64,000 nucleotides of DNA from an uncultured Actinomycetes bacterium (GTDB taxonomy: Bacteria > Actinomycetota > Thermoleophilia > UBA2241): NCBI GenBank assembly GCA_963755025.1, contig CAVWIH010000033.1:1-64000 (forward strand), in the 5' to 3' direction. How positions within the stretch are numbered: the first letter of the stretch is position 1; each line of letters starts with the position of its first letter. The translations under genes were made by a program, and so were the position numbers. The notes beneath the pieces were generated by a model. It was not told the DNA's origin. It searched no databases and worked only from the letters and a program-made list of their open reading frames with translations. Shown piece by piece: positions 58,928-64,000 of the stretch.

Positions 58928-59823
58928 TGGGCGACGTCGCACACGACGGCCCCGCCGGCGCGGCGCCGCTCACCGCCGGCGCGGCGCCGCCCGCCGCCGT
59001 GGGCCCGTTGCTCGACTCGCTCGAAGCCCAGCTCAAGCCGCTGGGGCGCGTCTGCGTGGCGTTCTCGGGCGGGGTCGACTCGAGCGTGGTGCTGGCGGTC
59101 GCCGCGCGTGTGCTGGGCGCCGCCCAGGTGCTGGCGTTCACGGCGGTCTCCGAGACCTACCGCGACGACGAGCTCACCGCCGCGCGCGCCCTGGCCAAGG
59201 GGCTCGGCGTGCGTCACGTCACGTGGCGCACGCGCGAGCTCGACGACCAGCGCTTCGTCGACAACAGCCGCGAGCGCTGCTACTACTGCAAGGCGACGCT
59301 GCTCGAGGCCATGACGAAGGCCGCCTCAGAGGCCGGCGTCGGCGCCCTGATCGACGGCGCCAACCGCGACGACCTGGGCGACGAGCGTCCCGGTATGCGC
59401 GCCTCAGCCGAGCGCGGTGTACGCCACCCGCTGATCGACGCCGGCCTCGGCAAAGACGAGGTGCGCGCCCTCGCCCGGGCGCTCGATCTGCCCGTCTGGA
59501 GCAAGCCGGCCGAGGCCTGCCTGGCATCGCGCATCGCTTACGACGAGCCGGTGACCGCCGACAAGCTGCGCCAGGTGGCCGCCGCCGAAGACGTGCTGCG
59601 CGAGCTCGGCCTGGGCCCCGTACTGCGCGTGCGCTACCATGGCGACGTCGCCCGCATCGAGCTCGCCGCCGACGCCGTGTCGCGCGCCGCCGAGCCCGCC
59701 GTGCGCGACGCCATCGTGGCCCGCCTGCGCGCCCTGGGCTTCACCTTTGTCACCCTTGACCTGCAGGGTTTTCGCTCCGGAAGCATGAACGAAGCACCCG
59801 CGATTCCGAAAGGAGCGGCCTAA
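58927..59823 (+). CDS. larE: LarE family ATP-dependent sulfur transferase (PP-loop)
   Basis: 'AFSGGVDS', 'RCYYCK', 'DGAN.DD...RPG', 'ACLASRI', 'LDLQGFRSGSMN'; TGATG overlap with cysK. Confidence 0.92.
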   Translation: MGDVAHDGPAGAAPLTAGAAPPAAVGPLLDSLEAQLKPLGRVCVAFSGGVDSSVVLAVAARVLGAAQVLAFTAVSETYRDDELTAARALAKGLGVRHVTWRTRELDDQRFVDNSRERCYYCKATLLEAMTKAASEAGVGALIDGANRDDLGDERPGMRASAERGVRHPLIDAGLGKDEVRALARALDLPVWSKPAEACLASRIAYDEPVTADKLRQVAAAEDVLRELGLGPVLRVRYHGDVARIELAADAVSRAAEPAVRDAIVARLRALGFTFVTLDLQGFRSGSMNEAPAIPKGAA

Positions 59824-60627
59824 GTGAACCGCACCATGGGCACCGCCGCCGACCTAGCCGAGGGCGCCTGGTGCGCCGCGCGCAAGGCCAGGCCGCGCCA
59901 TTTCGTCGAGCGCATGCGCCGCGACGTGCAGGCGGTCAAGGACCGCGACCCGGCGGCCACCAGCACCTTCGAGATCGTCACCTCGTACTCCGGCCTGCAC
60001 GCCCTCTGGATGCACCGCCTCGCCCACCCGCTGTACCGCTGCGGCATGCCGGTCGTGCCGCGCTGGATCAGCCAGTTCAACCGTTTCGTGACCGGCATCG
60101 AGATCCACCCCGGGGCGACGATCGGCGAGGGCTTCTTCGTCGACCACGGCTCGGGCGTGGTGATCGGCGAGACCGCCGAGATCGGCGACAACGTCACGAT
60201 CTACCAGGGCGTGACCCTGGGCGGCACCGGCAAGGAGCACGGCAAGCGCCACCCCACCCTGGGCGACAACATCGTGGTGGGCTCGGGCGCCAGCGTGCTC
60301 GGCTCCATCCACATCGGCGACAACGCCAAGGTGGGTTCGGGCAGCGTGGTCGTGCACGACGTGCCGGCCAACGCCACGGTGGTCGGCAACCCGGGCCACC
60401 CGGTGATCGTCGACGGCCAGCGCGTGGGCATCCCCGACATCGACTACACGCACCTGCCCGACCCTGTGGCCGAGGCCCTCAAGTGCGTGGTCGACCGCAT
60501 CATCGCCCTCGAGCAGGAGCTCGACGAGGTCAACCCCGAGCGCAAGGCCTTGCGCCGCGACCGCATAGTGCGCAACCAGGAGAAGCTCGACCGCCTGCTG
60601 CACTTCAGCGAGGGTGGCGGCATCTGA
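59824..60627 (+). CDS. cysE: Serine O-acetyltransferase
   Basis: 'DRDPAA', 'TGIEIHPGA', 'DHGSGVVIGET', 'GVTLGGTGKEHGKRHPT'. Confidence 0.95.
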   Translation: MNRTMGTAADLAEGAWCAARKARPRHFVERMRRDVQAVKDRDPAATSTFEIVTSYSGLHALWMHRLAHPLYRCGMPVVPRWISQFNRFVTGIEIHPGATIGEGFFVDHGSGVVIGETAEIGDNVTIYQGVTLGGTGKEHGKRHPTLGDNIVVGSGASVLGSIHIGDNAKVGSGSVVVHDVPANATVVGNPGHPVIVDGQRVGIPDIDYTHLPDPVAEALKCVVDRIIALEQELDEVNPERKALRRDRIVRNQEKLDRLLHFSEGGGI

Positions 60628-60708
60628 GCGCGCAGGCCGGTCCGGCCCGGTTTGCGGGTATGCTACTATCGGCCGTCAATCAGCACACAGGGAGAGTGAT
60701 CTGCAGCC

Positions 60709-61017
60709 GTGAGTCACGTCCGACGTCTCGTTCTTGACGTTCTCAAACCGCACATGCCCACCATGCTCAACCTGGCCGACAAGCTCGGCGACCTCGAAGG
60801 CATCGCCGGCGTCGACATCACCCTGTTCGAGATCGACAACAAGGTCGAGAACATCAAGATCACCCTCGAAGGCAACGACATCGACTACCAGGAAGTCGCC
60901 GAGGTCATCCAGGACTCCGGGGGCAGCATCCACTCCATCGACAAGGTGTCGACCGGCCGCCAGCTCATCGACGAAGCCGAGACCCCGCAGGATGCCAGCG
61001 CCCGCTGGATGCGGTGA
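60709..61017 (+). CDS. DUF211 family protein
   Basis: 'RRLVLDVLKPH.P', 'KITLEG..IDY', 'GGSIHSID.V..G' are the DUF211 (COG1888) hallmarks. Confidence 0.85.
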   Translation: MSHVRRLVLDVLKPHMPTMLNLADKLGDLEGIAGVDITLFEIDNKVENIKITLEGNDIDYQEVAEVIQDSGGSIHSIDKVSTGRQLIDEAETPQDASARWMR

Positions 61018-61039
61018 CCGTCAGCCACCGGCCTAGCAC

Positions 61040-61663
61040 ATGAGCCCCGCGACCGCCCCCGGCGCCACGGGCTGGCTGCGCGACAAGATCGCGACCCTGC
61101 GCCACTACCACCGCGTCGCCGAGGTCGGCGAGATCGCCCGGCGCTACTTCGCCATGAACGCCTTCGACGGCGTGCTCACCACCCTGGGCGTGCTCGTGGG
61201 CAGCTACATCGGCCGCGTGCACTCGGCCCACCAGGTCATCGCCGTCGGGCTGGGCGCGGCCGTCGCCATGGGCATCTCCGGTTTTTACGGCTCCTATCTG
61301 ATCGAGCGCGCCGAGCGCGACCGCTCGCTGCGCGAGCTCGAAGACGTCACCCTGTCGAGCCTCGAAGACTCCGACATCGCGGCCGCCTCGACCTACGCCA
61401 CCATCGTCATCGCCTGCGTCGACGGCATCTCGCCGTTCGTGGCCGCGGCGCTCGTGCTGCTGCCCTTCTTCTTCGGCTCTGTCGTCAGCCTGAACGCCGC
61501 GTACGTGAGCGGCGTGGTCATCGCCTTCGTCGAGCTCTTCGCGCTCGGTCTCTTCTTGGGTCGCGTGTCGCGCCAGCGCCTGATCTGGTCGGGCATGAAG
61601 CTCGCCGTGGCCGGCGTGCTGTGCCTCGCCCTGAGCGCGCTGCTCGACTGGGGCCTGCGATGA
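61040..61663 (+). CDS. VIT1/CCC1 family membrane protein (TIGR00267-like)
   Basis: 'ARRYFAMNAFDGVLTTLG', 'AMGISG..G.YL.ERAE', 'LGLFLGRVS'. Confidence 0.8.
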   Translation: MSPATAPGATGWLRDKIATLRHYHRVAEVGEIARRYFAMNAFDGVLTTLGVLVGSYIGRVHSAHQVIAVGLGAAVAMGISGFYGSYLIERAERDRSLRELEDVTLSSLEDSDIAAASTYATIVIACVDGISPFVAAALVLLPFFFGSVVSLNAAYVSGVVIAFVELFALGLFLGRVSRQRLIWSGMKLAVAGVLCLALSALLDWGLR

Positions 61664-61673
61664 GGCGGCCATC

Positions 61674-64000
61674 GTGAGCGGCGACGATCCCCAGGGCCGC
61701 CTGTCGGGCGAGGACGGCTCGGGCGCAGGCTCGGTGGCAGACGACGCCGCGAGCGCGGCGTCGGCCGCCGGCGAGCCGCGGTCGGCGGCCGCCGAGCTGC
61801 TGCTCGGCGGCCTGAACGAGCCGCAGCGCGAGGCCGTGACCCACTTCGAGGGGCCGCTGCTCATCCTCGCCGGCGCCGGCTCAGGCAAGACGCGCGTGCT
61901 CGCCCACCGCGTGGCCTACCTCATCCGCGTGCGCCGCGTGCGCCCCGACGAGGTGCTGGCCATCACCTTCACCAACAAGGCCGCCGCCGAGATGCGCGGC
62001 CGCATCGGCGCGCTGGTCGGTCCCATGGCGCGCGTCATGTGGATCTCGACCTTCCACTCGATGTGCGCCCGCATACTGCGCCGCGAGGCCGAGCGCCTGG
62101 GCTACAAATCGACCTTCTCGATCTACGACGCCGACGACGCCAAGCGCCTCGTCAAGCGCTGCCTCGCCGAGCTCGACTTAGACGACAAGCGCTTCACCCC
62201 CGACGCGCTGGCGCGCGCCATCTCCGACGCCAAGAACCGCCTGCAGGACCCTGCCGCCTTTCGCGAGATCACCGGCGGCTTCTTTCAGCGCGCCGCCGCC
62301 GACGTGTATGAGCTCTACGAGAAGAAGCTCATGGAGATGAGCGCCATGGACTTCGACGACCTGCTCATGAAGACGGTCAACCTGCTCGAGATCTATCCCG
62401 ACCGCCTGCAGCACTACCAGCGCACCTTCCGCTTCGTCATGGTCGACGAATACCAGGACACCAACCACGCCCAGTACCGCATCGCCAACCTGCTGGCCGG
62501 CGCCTCGGGCAACCTCGCCGTGGTGGGCGACGACGACCAGTCGATCTACTCGTGGCGCGGCGCCGACATTCGCAACATCCTCGAGTTCGAGCGCGATCAC
62601 CCCGACGCCAAGGTGATCCGCCTCGAGCAGAACTACCGCTCCACGACACGCATCCTCGACGTGGCCAACGCCGTGGTCTCGAACAACCGGCGGCGCAAGG
62701 GCAAGAACCTGTGGACGGCGCGCGGCACGGGCCGGCCGGCCCACGTCGTCGAGGTCGCCGACGAGCACGCCGAGGCGCGCTACATCGCCAGCGAGGTGCG
62801 CAAGCTCCTGGACGAGGGCGCGGTGAGCGAGGGCTCGGCGCAGGTCGGCCCGCTCGCGCCGCACGACATCGCCGTGCTCTACCGCACCAACGCCCAGTCG
62901 CGCGTGCTCGAGGAGGAGTTCGGACGCTACGCCATCGCCTACCAGGTCGTCGGCGGCACGCGCTTCTACGAGCGCGCCGAGGTCAAAGACGCGCTCGCCT
63001 ACCTGGCCATCGTCAACAACCCGGCCGACGAGCAGCGTCTGCTGCGCATCGTGAACACGCCGCGCCGCGGCCTGGGACCGACCGCCATCGGACGGCTGCA
63101 GACCGAGGCGCAGAGCCTGGGCGAGCCGCTGTGGAACGTGATCGAGCGCGCTGGCGACCTGCCCGGCCTGACCGCCGCGGCGGCCTCGTCGCTCACCCGC
63201 TTCGCCGCCGTGGTCGACACCTGGCGGGCCGAGGCGCCGACCATGACGTCGGTGGCCGCGCTCGTGCGCCGCGTGCTCGACGAGAGCGGCTACTCGGCCA
63301 TGCTCCAGGCTCAGGACACGCTCGAGTCGGAGGGTCGCATAGAGAACCTCGAGGAGCTCGTCGGTGTGGCCGCCGAATACGACCAGCGCGCCGAGAACCC
63401 GACCCTCGACGGCTTTTTGCAGGAGATCTCGCTCTACTCCGACATCGACACCATGGCCGACACGAGCGAGCTCATCACCTTCATGACGCTGCACAACGCC
63501 AAAGGGCTCGAGTTTCCGGTCGTCTTCATCACCGGCCTCGAAGAGGGCGTGTTCCCCCACCAGCGCTCGCTCGACGATCAGAACCTAGAAGAGGAGCGCC
63601 GCCTGGCGTACGTGGGCATCACGCGCGCCATGGACCGCCTCTACCTGCTCCACGCCCGCCAGCGCAACCTGTGGGGCGGCAGCCTGTACGGGCTGCCCTC
63701 GCGCTTCTTGACCGAGATCCCGGCCGACCTGGTCGAGGTCACGCGGGTCGCGGGGCCCTCGTATGGCGGCGGCGCCTGGCAGGGCGGCGGCCAGGGGGGC
63801 GGGCGCGGCGGCGGCCGGCGCGACTGGGACGACCGCTCGAACTGGCGCGAGCGCGACGACGACGTGCCGCTCGGTGGGGCCGGACCGCGCATCACCGGCC
63901 TTGAGAAGAAGGAGGGCGAGGCGACGGTCGAGTTGTTCTTCGCCCCGGGCGATCGCGTGCTGCACGCCACCCTGGGCGAGGGCACGGTGACGGCCGCCGA
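61674..64000 (+). CDS. pcrA: ATP-dependent DNA helicase PcrA/UvrD (runs off the window end)
   Basis: Translated by hand: 'LNEPQREAV...LAGAGSGKTRV', 'AITFTNKAA', 'VDEYQDTN', 'VGDDDQSIY', 'LEQNYRS', 'TLHNAKGLEF', 'EERRLAYVGITRA'; absent from the ORF track because no stop is reached. Confidence 0.95.
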   Translation, partial: MSGDDPQGRLSGEDGSGAGSVADDAASAASAAGEPRSAAAELLLGGLNEPQREAVTHFEGPLLILAGAGSGKTRVLAHRVAYLIRVRRVRPDEVLAITFTNKAAAEMRGRIGALVGPMARVMWISTFHSMCARILRREAERLGYKSTFSIYDADDAKRLVKRCLAELDLDDKRFTPDALARAISDAKNRLQDPAAFREITGGFFQRAAADVYELYEKKLMEMSAMDFDDLLMKTVNLLEIYPDRLQHYQRTFRFVMVDEYQDTNHAQYRIANLLAGASGNLAVVGDDDQSIYSWRGADIRNILEFERDHPDAKVIRLEQNYRSTTRILDVANAVVSNNRRRKGKNLWTARGTGRPAHVVEVADEHAEARYIASEVRKLLDEGAVSEGSAQVGPLAPHDIAVLYRTNAQSRVLEEEFGRYAIAYQVVGGTRFYERAEVKDALAYLAIVNNPADEQRLLRIVNTPRRGLGPTAIGRLQTEAQSLGEPLWNVIERAGDLPGLTAAAASSLTRFAAVVDTWRAEAPTMTSVAALVRRVLDESGYSAMLQAQDTLESEGRIENLEELVGVAAEYDQRAENPTLDGFLQEISLYSDIDTMADTSELITFMTLHNAKGLEFPVVFITGLEEGVFPHQRSLDDQNLEEERRLAYVGITRAMDRLYLLHARQRNLWGGSLYGLPSRFLTEIPADLVEVTRVAGPSYGGGAWQGGGQGGGRGGGRRDWDDRSNWRERDDDVPLGGAGPRITGLEKKEGEATVELFFAPGDRVLHATLGEGTVTAA

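Overview
A very GC-rich bacterial chromosomal segment, most consistent with an actinobacterium. A Thermoleophilia-like lineage is inferred from the fused PafBC WYL regulator and overall gene content, not proven. The window holds about 48 protein genes plus tmRNA (14786-15135, encoded tag AESNLALAA). I found no CRISPR array, integrase, transposase or prophage gene. Many genes carry single-base frameshifts that look like long-read assembly errors. Main themes: (1) Four pyrrolysine-free MttB-family corrinoid methyltransferases in two tandem pairs. The second pair lies in an apparent operon with an ornithine-racemase-like PLP enzyme, a GNAT, a fused PafBC and a LarA-family nickel-pincer racemase, divergent from a LysA-like decarboxylase, and has a highly structured 5' leader. 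(2) larE embedded in an Rrf2-cysK-cysE cysteine operon, followed by an archaeal-type DUF211/VIT1 pair. (3) A stand-alone IscX coupled to a Lon substrate-binding domain. (4) Short tandem 'echo' duplications of gene 3' ends at convergent gene junctions. All family calls come from motif recognition by eye; no database searches were run.
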